Shown piece by piece: positions 1-10,597 of a DNA stretch of 40,000 nucleotides. Source of the stretch: an uncultured Prolixibacteraceae bacterium. Lineage in GTDB: Bacteria; Bacteroidota; Bacteroidia; Bacteroidales; Prolixibacteraceae. A model generated the notes under the pieces. That model worked only from the letters and a program-made list of their open reading frames with translations. It was not told the DNA's origin and searched no databases. Where the stretch lies: the NCBI GenBank assembly GCA_963783085.1, contig CAWAMJ010000012.1, positions 100,331 through 140,330 on the forward strand, in the 5' to 3' direction. The translations under genes and the position numbers were made by a program. Position 1 is the stretch's first letter, and each line of letters begins with the position of its first letter.

Positions 1-1155
1 CTGGAGGATATTACCAAAACAAAGAAAAAGATAGCAGAACTGGAACAGGGGAAAAAAAGGTACAAAGTACTGCTGGAAGCTATTCCCGATATGTTTTTTG
101 TTATTGGGAAAGATGGCATGTACGAGGATTTTGTGATAAAAGAAAGCGATTTGTTTAAACTGGAAGATGCAAATATTGTCGGGAGCACCATTTATGATGT
201 AGGATTTCCGGAAAATATGGCAAAGAAAATTCACCAGTGTATTCATACCTGTATCGCAAATAATTCCCTCGAAACCATCGAATATTCGCTCACAACCCCC
301 AACGGAATTTTCATGTACGAGATGCGCCTGGCAAAATTAAATGCACGCTCTGTCATTTCCATAGCACGTGATATCACCAAACGAAAAACCGCCGAAATCG
401 GACTTGAAAAAGCGATAAAGAAAGCAGAAGAATCGGACAGGCTGAAGTCCGCTTTCCTATCGAACCTGTCGCATGAAATCAGGACGCCACTGAATATTAT
501 CACCAATTTCACACGGATGTTGACCGAAGCAGATATGGACGACGAAGAAAAGACAGAAATCTCGGATGCCATCATGCAAAATGGTTCGCAATTGTTGAAC
601 ATGATCGATAATACCGTCCATCTTTCTCAAATAGAAACCGGCACCGTCATCCTCAGCCCGCGTTTTTGTAAAATAAACACATTAATCCGCGACGTATACA
701 ACTGGTTTCTGCCCAACATCCCCGATAATAAAAAATTGAAGATCAACCTGAAAATAAGTGTTCCCAATCCGGCATTCGGATTTATTTCTGATCCGAACCG
801 GTTAAACGATGTCCTTAAAATTCTGGTAGACAATGCCGTTAAATATACGCCCAAAGGGGAAATTGATTTGGGTTATGAAATGCTCCGCAACGAACAGGTT
901 AAGTTCTATGTTTCAGACACCGGTATTGGAATCCCGGAAGAAGAAGCAGAAAACATATTCAGCCGTTTTTACCGGGTGCAAAATAAAATTAACGAACGCA
1001 CATCGGGTTCGGGGCTTGGGCTGCCAATTGCCAGGCATTATGTCACCTTGCTGGGGGGCGAACTTCAACTGGAATCCACACCCGGGAAAGGCACCCGGTT
1101 CTGGTTCTCGCTGCCTTTCCGTGAAGGAGAAGGATTTCTGAGGATCGTAAACTAA
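1..1155 (+). CDS. sensor histidine kinase, 5' end outside window (PAS-like region, HisKA, HATPase_c)
   Basis: Frame 1 is open from nt 1 (LEDITKTKKK...), so the listed Met at 91 is internal. Motifs seen: H-box SHEIRTPLN, N-box DNAVKYTP, G-boxes DTGIGI and GSGLGLPIARHYV. Confidence 0.85.
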   Translation: MEDITKTKKKIAELEQGKKRYKVLLEAIPDMFFVIGKDGMYEDFVIKESDLFKLEDANIVGSTIYDVGFPENMAKKIHQCIHTCIANNSLETIEYSLTTPNGIFMYEMRLAKLNARSVISIARDITKRKTAEIGLEKAIKKAEESDRLKSAFLSNLSHEIRTPLNIITNFTRMLTEADMDDEEKTEISDAIMQNGSQLLNMIDNTVHLSQIETGTVILSPRFCKINTLIRDVYNWFLPNIPDNKKLKINLKISVPNPAFGFISDPNRLNDVLKILVDNAVKYTPKGEIDLGYEMLRNEQVKFYVSDTGIGIPEEEAENIFSRFYRVQNKINERTSGSGLGLPIARHYVTLLGGELQLESTPGKGTRFWFSLPFREGEGFLRIVN

Positions 1156-1225
1156 AGGTTCGCCGTTCACAGTTGCAGTTTTCATCGCAACTTCCCGGAA
1201 TGATGTGACGAGGACACCGTTCCTG

Positions 1226-2518
1226 TTAATACCTGTTTGTAATCGAATTTAATTGCCGGTAGCCAACCAGCCGGTCGTAGCGGCTGGCCAGGTCGTGGTA
1301 GTAAACATAAATCTGGTAATTGTTTTCTGTTTCCCAGTAACTTCCTTCCAGATTTACATGGTCGGCGGTGGATGAACCCTGCGGCACATAAACGTACTGA
1401 TAATTGTAATAACCTTGTTTTAGCAGAAGCGTCAGTTCATAGGCGCTGGTATTGAAATTCCAGCTCATCTCGCTGCTTTTATTGGCGTTCCAGTTGGTTA
1501 ACGCACCAAAAACATTCACGGTTCCCCCCAGTAAAACCGATTCAAGGTTTAACGTAAAATGCACAAAAAAATAATCGCACTCTGTATCGAAATCCTGCAC
1601 CTGTGGATCGAGGCTTTCTACTACATATTTCCCGTCCATTTCTTCGTAAGAAAAAAACTTTTTCCCCGAACGAACTTCATCCGGAACCAGTGTTTTATGG
1701 TAATACGGGCGGTGAAACTCCGTGTTCAATACTCCTTCCCCATTCATATTCGTGGTTCTGATATCGAAATACCTGAATTCGTTTCCCGCCGGAAATACGT
1801 TTTCACGATTATAATCGTAAACCAACGCCTGATCACGAATAAACAATGGTTTTAAATTGCGGATGGAATTGTCCCAGCGGTTATTCTGCGTAACCACCAC
1901 TTTTATTTCCTCCCGCGGGTTCTGAACCTGCAGTTTTTCATGAAACACCGTAAAATCAATTTCCTGGTTCGAGCCCTTAAATGCGTCAAGTGTGGCGCGT
2001 CTGACTGTTCCTTCAATATCCACCATTGGTTCAACAACGTAAAAACGCTTGGTCAATACAATGTTCTCCTTGTTGCCTTCATAAACCACCAAAGCATAAT
2101 TGCCTGAGACCTTAAATCTTACATTTTCATTGGGCAGAAGCAACTGGTAATTTACATAATCAAATGTAGTATTAAACGATTTTGCATAATCGTTAACGGG
2201 ATTTTCGTTAAATCCATCAAGGTAATCTGTTTGCGGCATAAAACTCTCGTGCCAGGCTGCATCGCAGTGGATTATGGTATAATAGTAATTTTTTACTTCG
2301 GTACCCAAATCATCGAACTTTAAAATCAGCGGCACCTCATCACCAATTTCAAACACGGGATCCGACATGATAAAGCCGTCGCGATACATCAGCACCGTTT
2401 TTATATTTTCATCGTATACAGCATTTTCATAATAAAAATTTTCCTCCTGGGCCCCGCCCGTTAAAAAATGCAGCAGAAAAATCAACGTCAGCAAAAAGTG
2501 TTTTTGTAATGTTTGCAT
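1226..2518 (-). CDS. secreted DUF5103-like protein (type IX secretion plug-like family)
   Basis: ATG start and N-terminal signal peptide (LIFLLHFLTGGAQ). The FDDL...IIHCDAAW...DYLDGF...GNYALVVY pattern matches what I recall for DUF5103. Family assignment is from memory only. Confidence 0.6.
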   Translation of the reverse strand: MQTLQKHFLLTLIFLLHFLTGGAQEENFYYENAVYDENIKTVLMYRDGFIMSDPVFEIGDEVPLILKFDDLGTEVKNYYYTIIHCDAAWHESFMPQTDYLDGFNENPVNDYAKSFNTTFDYVNYQLLLPNENVRFKVSGNYALVVYEGNKENIVLTKRFYVVEPMVDIEGTVRRATLDAFKGSNQEIDFTVFHEKLQVQNPREEIKVVVTQNNRWDNSIRNLKPLFIRDQALVYDYNRENVFPAGNEFRYFDIRTTNMNGEGVLNTEFHRPYYHKTLVPDEVRSGKKFFSYEEMDGKYVVESLDPQVQDFDTECDYFFVHFTLNLESVLLGGTVNVFGALTNWNANKSSEMSWNFNTSAYELTLLLKQGYYNYQYVYVPQGSSTADHVNLEGSYWETENNYQIYVYYHDLASRYDRLVGYRQLNSITNRY

Positions 2519-2714
2519 AATCCAAAAAGTAGAGTTCCTAATACAAAGAACGTGAAAATTGTTAATTTAATCTGAAGTTTCATTTTTTTCGAAAAAATAT
2601 CCCGAAAAAATCCTGCAGGTAAATGATTTAAATCAACTGAAATGTTGACCAATACGGTCGTTTCCAATAGCGTAAGTTTCACAATGAAAGATTGTGAAAA
2701 GACAATTAATTATT

Positions 2715-2722
2715 TACTTTTG
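2715..2722 (+). promoter_or_regulatory. candidate Bacteroidota -7 promoter box (TAnnTTTG) for the nqr operon
   Basis: TACTTTTG lies 33 nt upstream of the nqrA ATG in an AT-rich leader. Confidence 0.35.
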
Positions 2723-2754
2723 CCAACCTAAAATTAATCTATTCTTGATACAAA

Positions 2755-4101
2755 ATGTCAGAGGTTATAAAGTTAAGGAGAGGGCTGAATATAAAGCTTG
2801 CAGGTAGTGCTGAAAAAAAGCTGGACACCCTTCCGGTTCCGGCAACAGTAGCGATAAAACCTACCGATTTCCCGGGTCTCATACCCAAGCTGAGCATCAA
2901 AGAAGGCAGTGAGGTAAAAGCAGGAGATCCTTTATTTTACGACAAATATCATCCCGAAATAATTTTTACTGCCCCGCTGGGTGGAAAAGTGGTTTCGGTT
3001 AACCGCGGCGAACGGCGAAGAATTCTGGAAATAGTGATAGGACCCGATGCCGGTGCAGGATTTGCAGAATTTACAAAAGCCGATCCTTCCGCACTTTCGG
3101 CTGAAGAAATTAAAGAACAGTTATTAAGGAGCGGGACATGGCCTTTTATTAAAAGGCGCCCTTACGGAATTACTGCCTCGCCCGCTGAAAAACCCAAAGC
3201 AATTTTTATTTCCACGTTCGATACCGCACCGCTTGCACCCGATTATAATTTTGTTTTGGAAGGTCAGTTGTCTACGTTTCAGACAGGAGTTAATGCGCTG
3301 GCTAAATTAACCGATGGAAAAGTACATTTGGGAGTAAATGAAAGTTCGTCGTTTACAGAAATCAAAAATGCCGCGATTGAACAGTTCAGCGGCCCTCATC
3401 CAACGGGAAACGTTGGCGTTCAGATTCACCATGTTTCACCGATTGTTAAAGGCGATGTGGTTTGGACGGTAAACGTGCAGGACGTGCTTTTCATCGGCAG
3501 GTTGTTCGAAACCGGAAAAGTTGATTTTTCCAGAATTTATGCGCTCACAGGCTCGGAAGTCGAAAAACCCATGTATGTTAAATCGGTACTTGGCGCCCCC
3601 GTTGCGCCGGTGGTAAAAAACCGCTTGATTAATGTTGACTACAAACAACGCATCATCAGCGGAAATGTTCTTACAGGCGTACAATTGAAAAAAGAAAACT
3701 ACCTGGGCTTTCACGATTCACAGGTAACTGTTATTCCTGAGGGCGATCAGTATGAATTTCTTGGATGGGCTTCGCTGGGCGTTAAAAAATTCAGCGCGTC
3801 AAAAACCTTCCTCTCGTCGCTGCTTCCGGAAAAAGGCTATAAATTAAATGCCAATTTACATGGCGGTGAACGGGCTTTCGTAATGACCAACCAGTACCGG
3901 AAAGTAGTCCCGATGGATATTATGCCGGTAATTTTATTGAAATCGATTCTGGCGAATGATATCGACAAAATGGAGCAACTGGGTATTTACGAAGTGATTG
4001 AAGAAGATTTTGCGCTGTGCGAATATATTTGTGTTTCAAAAATTAAAGTACAGGATATTTTGCGCACCGGCATCAATACCATGATAAAGGAACTTGGATA
4101 A
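2755..4101 (+). CDS. nqrA: Na+-translocating NADH:quinone oxidoreductase subunit A
   Basis: 448 aa, soluble. It is the first of six tightly spaced co-directional genes with the sizes and order of nqrABCDEF. Confidence 0.9.
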   Translation: MSEVIKLRRGLNIKLAGSAEKKLDTLPVPATVAIKPTDFPGLIPKLSIKEGSEVKAGDPLFYDKYHPEIIFTAPLGGKVVSVNRGERRRILEIVIGPDAGAGFAEFTKADPSALSAEEIKEQLLRSGTWPFIKRRPYGITASPAEKPKAIFISTFDTAPLAPDYNFVLEGQLSTFQTGVNALAKLTDGKVHLGVNESSSFTEIKNAAIEQFSGPHPTGNVGVQIHHVSPIVKGDVVWTVNVQDVLFIGRLFETGKVDFSRIYALTGSEVEKPMYVKSVLGAPVAPVVKNRLINVDYKQRIISGNVLTGVQLKKENYLGFHDSQVTVIPEGDQYEFLGWASLGVKKFSASKTFLSSLLPEKGYKLNANLHGGERAFVMTNQYRKVVPMDIMPVILLKSILANDIDKMEQLGIYEVIEEDFALCEYICVSKIKVQDILRTGINTMIKELG

Positions 4102-4162
4102 CCTGGTTTCCGGAGATTGAAGTTTTAACATCCAATACCATATTAACAAACTGTTTGGTAAA

Positions 4163-5329
4163 ATGAATTTTATAAAAAACTTTTTTGAAAAAACTGAACC
4201 GTACGTGCAGAAAGGGGCGAAATACCACTGGCTCCGTTCGGTTCACGATGGTTTTTTTACGTTTATGTTTGTACCCAAAAATACATCGAAATCAGGTACA
4301 CACATTCACGACTATATCGACCTGAAACGTACCATGTCAATAGTGGTTCTTGCGCTGGTGCCGGCTATTTTGTTCGGCATGTACAACGTGGGCTACCAAC
4401 ACTTTAAAGCAATCGGAGAATTTGCTTCCACCGGTTTTTCCGAGGTGTTTTTGTATGGCTTTATACGGGTGCTTCCCGTCATTATTGTTTCATATGCAGT
4501 TGGACTGGGTCTCGAATTCGTTTTTGCACAATTTCGGGGACATGATATTAACGAAGGTTTTCTGGTTTCAGGAATGCTCATCCCACTGATAATGCCCATT
4601 GAAACACCGCTGTGGATGATAGCAGTAGCTACGGCTTTTGCTGTTATTTTCGGAAAAGAGGTTTTTGGTGGAACCGGCATGAACATCTGGAATCCGGCAT
4701 TGGTAGCCAGGGCATTTTTATTCTTTGCCTATCCGGCTCAAATGTCAGGAATTTCAGTTTGGGTTTCACTGAATCCCGGCGATAGAGTAGTTGACGCTTT
4801 TACCGGCGCTACACCGATGGCCGACGCAGCAGCAGGAAATATCAACTTCAGCGTTGCCGATGCATTTTTTGGTTTTATCCCAGGTTCCATCGGCGAAACA
4901 TCGACGCTGGCAATTCTGATTGGGGCGGTTATTTTAATCATCACCGGCATTGGAAACTGGAAAATCATGTTGTCCACCCTTTTGGGCGGCCTCTTCATGG
5001 GAATCCTGCTGAACATTTTTGCGGTTAACCCATACATGGCGCTTCCTTTCTGGCAGCACCTCATCATTGGCGGATTTGCTTTCGGCGCTGTATTTATGGC
5101 CACCGACCCGGTTTCGGCAGCCCAAACAGAAAGGGGAAAATGGATTTATGGCTTCCTGATTGGCGTTCTGGCTATTTTAATCCGGGTACTCAACCCTGCC
5201 TACCCGGAAGGAGTTATGCTGGCCATTCTGATTATGAATACATTTGCTCCGCTAATCGACCATTATGTCGTTCAGGGACACATAAAACGCCGGTTGAAAA
5301 GGGCAACAGTGAGCCGAAGGACTGCTTAA
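4163..5329 (+). CDS. nqrB: Na+-translocating NADH:quinone oxidoreductase subunit B
   Basis: Polytopic membrane protein with an FTGATPM flavin-attachment-type motif and a C-terminal MATDPVS region. Position 2 in the operon. Confidence 0.9.
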   Translation: MNFIKNFFEKTEPYVQKGAKYHWLRSVHDGFFTFMFVPKNTSKSGTHIHDYIDLKRTMSIVVLALVPAILFGMYNVGYQHFKAIGEFASTGFSEVFLYGFIRVLPVIIVSYAVGLGLEFVFAQFRGHDINEGFLVSGMLIPLIMPIETPLWMIAVATAFAVIFGKEVFGGTGMNIWNPALVARAFLFFAYPAQMSGISVWVSLNPGDRVVDAFTGATPMADAAAGNINFSVADAFFGFIPGSIGETSTLAILIGAVILIITGIGNWKIMLSTLLGGLFMGILLNIFAVNPYMALPFWQHLIIGGFAFGAVFMATDPVSAAQTERGKWIYGFLIGVLAILIRVLNPAYPEGVMLAILIMNTFAPLIDHYVVQGHIKRRLKRATVSRRTA

Positions 5330-5348
5330 CTCGTAAATTATATGAATC

Positions 5349-6047
5349 ATGGACAGAAACAGTAATACATATACATTCATTTATGCATCGGCAATGGTTA
5401 TTCTGGTTGCCGCAGTGCTTGCTTCGGTATCGATGGCTTTAAGGCCCAAGCAACAAAAAAACACTGAAATCGAAAAAAAACAAAGTATCCTTGCGTCGGT
5501 AAATGTTGAAACAACCACAAAAAATGCAGAAGATATTTTTGCAGAAAAAATAAAGAATCAGTATGTGGTTAATACGCAAGGTGAAAAAGTGGAAGGTGAC
5601 GCATTCAATATCGATTTAAAGAAGGAATATGCAAGACCTTTGGAAGATCAAAAACTCCCTGTTTTTGAAATTCAATCCGAAGAAGGTTTAAAATACATCC
5701 TGCCGATGCGTGGAACAGGTTTATGGGGGCCCATCTGGGGATTTGTTTCGTTAAGCGACGATATGAACACAATTTACGGGGCCAATTTCGACCACGAAGG
5801 TGAAACACCGGGATTGGGGGCTGAAATTGCCACTGACTGGTTTCAGCAGGAATTTAAAGGCAAAACCATTTTTGACGAATCGGGCGATCTGGTTTCTATA
5901 ACCGTTACCAAAGCCGGTCAGGACGCGCCTGAAGAACATTCTGTCGACGGAATTTCAGGAGGTACCATTACCAGTAAAGGACTTCAGAAAATGTTGATGG
6001 ACGATTTTACCAAGTATAAAGCATTCTTAAACAAGAAAAAATCATAA
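5349..6047 (+). CDS. nqrC: Na+-translocating NADH:quinone oxidoreductase subunit C
   Basis: Single N-terminal TM helix, FMN-attachment-type motif DGISGGTITS, 232 aa. Confidence 0.9.
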   Translation: MDRNSNTYTFIYASAMVILVAAVLASVSMALRPKQQKNTEIEKKQSILASVNVETTTKNAEDIFAEKIKNQYVVNTQGEKVEGDAFNIDLKKEYARPLEDQKLPVFEIQSEEGLKYILPMRGTGLWGPIWGFVSLSDDMNTIYGANFDHEGETPGLGAEIATDWFQQEFKGKTIFDESGDLVSITVTKAGQDAPEEHSVDGISGGTITSKGLQKMLMDDFTKYKAFLNKKKS

Positions 6048-6050
6048 GTG

Positions 6051-6695
6051 ATGAGCGAACCATTATTTTCGAAGAAAAATTTAAAGCTGCTCTCTGATCC
6101 CATGAACAACAGCAACCCTATAACCGTACAGGTTTTGGGTATCTGTTCGGCATTGGCAGTAACAGCACAGCTCAAACCAGCAGTGGTTATGGCGTTGTCG
6201 GTTATGGCCGTTTTGGCGCTGGCAAACGTTATTATTTCTTTATTGCGCAATACCATCCCCAATCGTATCCGCATCATCGTTCAACTGGTAGTAATTGCCG
6301 CTTTGGTAATTCTGGTTGACCAGATATTGAAAGCATACGTTTATGATGTGAGTAAACAGCTTTCCGTATTTGTGGGATTAATCATTACGAACTGTATCCT
6401 GATGGGCCGGCTGGAAGCATTTGCTTTAGGCAACCGTCCGTGGCAGTCGTTCCTCGACGGCATCGGAAATGCAGCCGGTTACGGAATTATCCTGATTATA
6501 GTTGGTCTGGTCCGGGAATTCTTCGGATCAGGCTCTATTTACGGATATCAGTTGATACCCGACAGTTGGTATATCGATAACGGCGGTTTTTATTCCAACA
6601 ACGGGATGATGATATTGCCGCCGATGGCTTTGATTACTGTGGGTGTGATTATTTGGGTACAACGCAGCAAGAACAAAAAGTTAATTGAAAATTAA
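6051..6695 (+). CDS. nqrD: Na+-translocating NADH:quinone oxidoreductase subunit D
   Basis: Small hydrophobic protein. ATG at 6051 is preferred; the ORF track begins at GTG 6048, which directly abuts the nqrC stop. Confidence 0.88.
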   Translation: MSEPLFSKKNLKLLSDPMNNSNPITVQVLGICSALAVTAQLKPAVVMALSVMAVLALANVIISLLRNTIPNRIRIIVQLVVIAALVILVDQILKAYVYDVSKQLSVFVGLIITNCILMGRLEAFALGNRPWQSFLDGIGNAAGYGIILIIVGLVREFFGSGSIYGYQLIPDSWYIDNGGFYSNNGMMILPPMALITVGVIIWVQRSKNKKLIEN

Positions 6696-6715
6696 CAGCC
6701 AAAACAGAATTAGTT

Positions 6716-7333
6716 ATGGAAAACCTGATAAATATATTCATCAAATCGATTTTTATCGAGAACATGGTTTTTGCCTATTTTTTGGGCATGTGTTCTTATC
6801 TGGCAGTTTCGAAATCAGTTAAAACAGCAACCGGACTCGGAATTGCAGTAGTGTTTGTTTTGGGCATAACCGTTCCGGTGGATTACCTGCTCGAAAATTA
6901 TGTGCTCAGCGAAGGTGCATTAAGTTGGTTAGGTCCGGACTTTGCCAACATCGATCTCGGCTTTTTATCCTTCATCATGTTTATTGCAGTTATCGCGTCT
7001 ATGGTACAGTTGGTTGAAATGATAGTTGAAAAGTTTGCACCGGTCCTTTACACGCAACTGGGAATTTTTCTCCCGCTGATCGCTGTTAACTGCGCCATTC
7101 TTGGAGGTTCACTGTTTATGCAGCAAAAAGCTTTTGTGAACACAGCCGAAGCAACTGTTTACGGCATTGGCTCGGGAATCGGTTGGTTTCTGGCCATTGT
7201 AGGTATTGCTGCTATCCGGGAAAGGCTTCAATATTCCAATGTTCCTGCACCGCTTCGCGGACTGGGGATCACGTTTATTGTAACCGGCTTAATGGGACTG
7301 GCGTTCATGGGATTTATGGGAATTAAATTATAA
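6716..7333 (+). CDS. nqrE: Na+-translocating NADH:quinone oxidoreductase subunit E
   Basis: 205-aa hydrophobic paralogue of NqrD with the conserved AVNCAILGG segment. Confidence 0.9.
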   Translation: MENLINIFIKSIFIENMVFAYFLGMCSYLAVSKSVKTATGLGIAVVFVLGITVPVDYLLENYVLSEGALSWLGPDFANIDLGFLSFIMFIAVIASMVQLVEMIVEKFAPVLYTQLGIFLPLIAVNCAILGGSLFMQQKAFVNTAEATVYGIGSGIGWFLAIVGIAAIRERLQYSNVPAPLRGLGITFIVTGLMGLAFMGFMGIKL

Positions 7334-7351
7334 CAAATAAACCGATTTTCA

Positions 7352-8614
7352 ATGCTTTTGCTATCAACACAAACAACTGTTATAATCACCAGCGTGATTG
7401 TTTTCCTGGGGGTAATTATCCTGCTGGTTGCAATTCTTCTTTTTGCAAAGAAAAAGCTAACCCCTTCCGGCGAAGTAAAGCTGGATATTAATGAAGGTTC
7501 CCGCGAAATAGTGGCAGAACCTGGAAATTCACTGTTATCAACGCTTGGAAACAACAAAATATTCCTTCCTTCTGCTTGCGGTGGCGGCGGTACCTGTGCC
7601 ATGTGCCGTTGCCAGGTAGTTGACGGTGGCGGTTCGATTTTGCCAACCGAAACAGATTTCTTTACCCGGAAAGAACAAAACGATAATTGGCGGCTGGCCT
7701 GTCAGGTAAAAGTTAAAGAGGACCTGAAAATAAAGATTCCACAAGAAGTTCTTGGAATTAAAAAATGGGAATGCGAAGTGGTTTCCAATAAAAACGTGGC
7801 AACATTTATCAAAGAATTTGTGGTCCGGCTTCCGGAAGGCGAAAACCTCAATTTCAAATCGGGAGGTTATATTCAAATAGACGTTCCGAAAATCGAGGTG
7901 GATTTTAACGACATCGAAGTGGATCAAAAATTTCGCGAAGAATGGGAAAAATTCGGCATGTTCAGTTTAAAAATGAAAAATCCGGAGCCAACATTCCGCG
8001 CTTATTCCATGGCCAATCACCCTGCCGAAGGAAACATCGTAATGCTGAATATCCGCATTGCCACACCACCGTGGGACCGTGCCAACAATGCATTTAAAAA
8101 AGTAAACCCGGGAATTTGTTCTTCTTATATTTTCTCCCGCAAACCGGGTGATAAAGTAACCATTTCAGGGCCTTACGGAGAATTCTTCCTGAAAAACAAC
8201 GACAACGAAATGATGTTTATTGGTGGCGGCGCCGGAATGGCCCCCATGCGCTCGCACCTTTTCCATCTGTTTCATACGGTAAAAGAAAGGGACAAAAAAG
8301 TTACCTTCTGGTACGGTGCCCGTTCATGGAAAGAAGTGTTCTATTACGACCAATTCCGCGAAATTGAAAAAAATTACGATAATTTCAGTTTTCACCTGGC
8401 ACTGTCGGAACCAATGCCCGAAGATAAATGGGAAGGTCCTACCGGATTTATCCACCAGGTGATTTACGACAATTACCTCAGCAAACACGAAGAACCCGAA
8501 GAAATTGATTACTACCTCTGCGGACCGCCAATGATGAACGATGCAGTTCAGAAAATGCTTTACAACCTTGGCGTTCCGGATGAAAATGTGCTGTTCGACG
8601 ATTTCGGAAGTTAA
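7352..8614 (+). CDS. nqrF: Na+-translocating NADH:quinone oxidoreductase subunit F
   Basis: N-terminal TM helix, 2Fe-2S motif CGGGGTCAMCRC, FAD motif RAYSMAN, NADH motif GGGAGMAPM. Confidence 0.92.
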   Translation: MLLLSTQTTVIITSVIVFLGVIILLVAILLFAKKKLTPSGEVKLDINEGSREIVAEPGNSLLSTLGNNKIFLPSACGGGGTCAMCRCQVVDGGGSILPTETDFFTRKEQNDNWRLACQVKVKEDLKIKIPQEVLGIKKWECEVVSNKNVATFIKEFVVRLPEGENLNFKSGGYIQIDVPKIEVDFNDIEVDQKFREEWEKFGMFSLKMKNPEPTFRAYSMANHPAEGNIVMLNIRIATPPWDRANNAFKKVNPGICSSYIFSRKPGDKVTISGPYGEFFLKNNDNEMMFIGGGAGMAPMRSHLFHLFHTVKERDKKVTFWYGARSWKEVFYYDQFREIEKNYDNFSFHLALSEPMPEDKWEGPTGFIHQVIYDNYLSKHEEPEEIDYYLCGPPMMNDAVQKMLYNLGVPDENVLFDDFGS

Positions 8615-8916
8615 TCACGCTTACCAACATCAAAATAATATACCAGCCATCCTTCTTTTGAAGGATGGTTTTTTTGTGTAAAATTTAACGCCGCACAATT
8701 TAATTTAATGCCCTGATTTCTTCCAGCCGTTGTAGGGCAACCGGATCGGTGGAGAAAATGTTTTTCAAGTTTTTCACAGGCAAAGTCGCTGCAAAAAGCA
8801 CAGCTTTTAAGTTTTTTACCGATGGCACACGTTCTGATTTCACAGTTACTACATCCTGAAAACAATCGTCCGGCAACCGGTGTGCAACCGTCGCAGTCGG
8901 TTTTAATTTGTTTCAT
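8611..8916 (-). CDS. Cys-rich DUF3795-like protein; 3' end probably altered by a frameshift
   Basis: The CDGC...CSNCEIRTC...CAFCSDFAC pattern matches DUF3795. ATG at 8916 overlaps the SLC13 stop as ATGA. As read, the ORF runs antisense through the nqrF terminator. A +1 frame gives FSTDPVALQRLEEIRALN* ending at 8700. Confidence 0.55.
   Translation of the reverse strand: MKQIKTDCDGCTPVAGRLFSGCSNCEIRTCAIGKKLKSCAFCSDFACEKLEKHFLHRSGCPTTAGRNQGIKLNCAALNFTQKNHPSKEGWLVYYFDVGKRD
8647..8675 (+). terminator. rho-independent terminator of the nqr operon
   Basis: CCATCCTTC-TTTT-GAAGGATGG perfect 9-bp stem followed by T7, 33 nt after the nqrF stop. Confidence 0.8.
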
Positions 8917-10571
8917 GCTGCCCATGCCGGGAAAACCGAAACATCGATATCGAAAACCACGATGCCCCAGAAATACATAACGAGCGTGGCCACTATAATT
9001 CCGGCGATATTCAGCAAAATTCCGGTGCGGACCATATCTTTCACCCTGATGCGGTTGGTACCGAAAATAATAGCATTGGGCGGCGTTGCAACCGGCAGCA
9101 TAAATGCCAGCGAAGCCGCTACCGTGGCGGGGACCATTAAAAGCAACGGATTTATTTTTATGGAAACTGCAAGATCGCCCAGGATGGGCAATATCATTTG
9201 GGTGGTGGCCAGGTTAGAGGTAAGTTCTGTCAGCAACGACATCATCGTAACGTTGGAAAGCGTCAGCACAATAGGTTTTACATGGGCAAGCGAAACCAGT
9301 TGTTCACCGATCCAAAGTGAAAGGCCGGACTCTACAAATCCTTTGGCCAAAGCAAAACCGCCACCAAACAGCAACACAATATTCCATGGAACTTTATTGG
9401 CGGTTTCCCAGTTCATGATCCGTTCGCCCTTTTTTGTTTTTGAAGGAATAACAAACAACAATGTTGCAATGAAAATGGCCACAGTGCCGTCGTTAATGTA
9501 ATCAGGGGCATTAAAAAGCTGTGCCCATCCCGGTATCACAACCGACTGAATATCGAACCCCAATCGGAATATCCAGAGCAAAGCAAGAATAATGAAAAGC
9601 ACCAAAACAATTTTTTCCTCTGGTTTGGGCTTGCCCAAAAGCTGGTACTCCTCCTTGAATCCGCCAATCTTCAAATTTCTCCAGCTTTCTTTGGGCTTGT
9701 ACAGGAGATAGAGCAGCAACCAGGCGCAAAAAAACAGCAAAACTGTGACGGGGAATGCAAAAATAAACCAACTGGCGAATGAAATTTCCGGCATTTCAGG
9801 AAAGACAATATGCGCAATTTGTATAAACGACAGGTTTGGCGGTGTACCTATTAACGTTGCAACCCCGCCAATTGACGCTGAATAGGCAATTCCGAGCAAC
9901 AAACCAATCGAATATTTCCAGGTATGTTCCCTGCCCAGGCTTTCTTCGAGTTTCATGATTATCGACAATGCAATCGGTACCATCATCATTGCTGTGGCGG
10001 TATTCGACATCCACATCGACAAAAACGAGGTGGCGAGCATAAAGCCCATTAAAATGCGGCCAGGGCTCACTCCGAAGAAAATCAATATCCGGAGGGCAAT
10101 CCTGCGGTGCAGGTTCCAGCGTTCCATGGCAAAAGCCACCATAAAACCACCGATAAACAAAAAAATCAGGTGGTTGAAATACATGGCCGAAATCACTTTT
10201 CCGTCGGCCACGCCAAACAGCGGGAAGAGCGCCACCGGAAGCAAAGCAGTTACCGCCAGCGGAACAGCCTCGGTAATCCACCAGGCAGCCATTAAAAATG
10301 CAATGGCAGCCGTATACGTCACTTTCGGATTTCCCGGATCGAGATCAGCAAAAAGTATAATGAACAAACTTACTACTGGCGCAGCAATCAATGCAACCTG
10401 CTGCGTTTTTCCTGATTTCGGCGCAAATGATTCCGGCATAATTTTGTTTAGCTTTTCTTGATTTGGCAAATACGGAATAAACAGTATTAAAACAACAACA
10501 ATAAAGTTATAAAAGAAAGCCAAAAAATCAATTATGTTGAATTTCATTTGATTTTTAAGTAACTTGTTCAA
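8913..10571 (-). CDS. SLC13/DASS family anion:Na+ symporter
   Basis: About 550-aa polytopic protein with duplicated hairpin motifs SNTATAMMMVPIA and PVATPPNAIIFG. The listed start is TTG; ATG at 10547 (MKFNII) is an alternative. Confidence 0.8.
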   Translation of the reverse strand: MNKLLKNQMKFNIIDFLAFFYNFIVVVLILFIPYLPNQEKLNKIMPESFAPKSGKTQQVALIAAPVVSLFIILFADLDPGNPKVTYTAAIAFLMAAWWITEAVPLAVTALLPVALFPLFGVADGKVISAMYFNHLIFLFIGGFMVAFAMERWNLHRRIALRILIFFGVSPGRILMGFMLATSFLSMWMSNTATAMMMVPIALSIIMKLEESLGREHTWKYSIGLLLGIAYSASIGGVATLIGTPPNLSFIQIAHIVFPEMPEISFASWFIFAFPVTVLLFFCAWLLLYLLYKPKESWRNLKIGGFKEEYQLLGKPKPEEKIVLVLFIILALLWIFRLGFDIQSVVIPGWAQLFNAPDYINDGTVAIFIATLLFVIPSKTKKGERIMNWETANKVPWNIVLLFGGGFALAKGFVESGLSLWIGEQLVSLAHVKPIVLTLSNVTMMSLLTELTSNLATTQMILPILGDLAVSIKINPLLLMVPATVAASLAFMLPVATPPNAIIFGTNRIRVKDMVRTGILLNIAGIIVATLVMYFWGIVVFDIDVSVFPAWAA

Positions 10572-10597
10572 ATGTTTCAGAATAAAACCGTCAAATA

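Noticed and set aside
243-8000. Many ORF-track entries antisense to or out of frame with the kinase and nqr genes (e.g. 243-602, 3436-3714, 4393-4686, 4738-5103, 7228-7602, 7538-7927).
   Set aside because: They lie entirely inside well-supported genes and have low-complexity or biased composition with no recognisable motifs. They are shadow ORFs.
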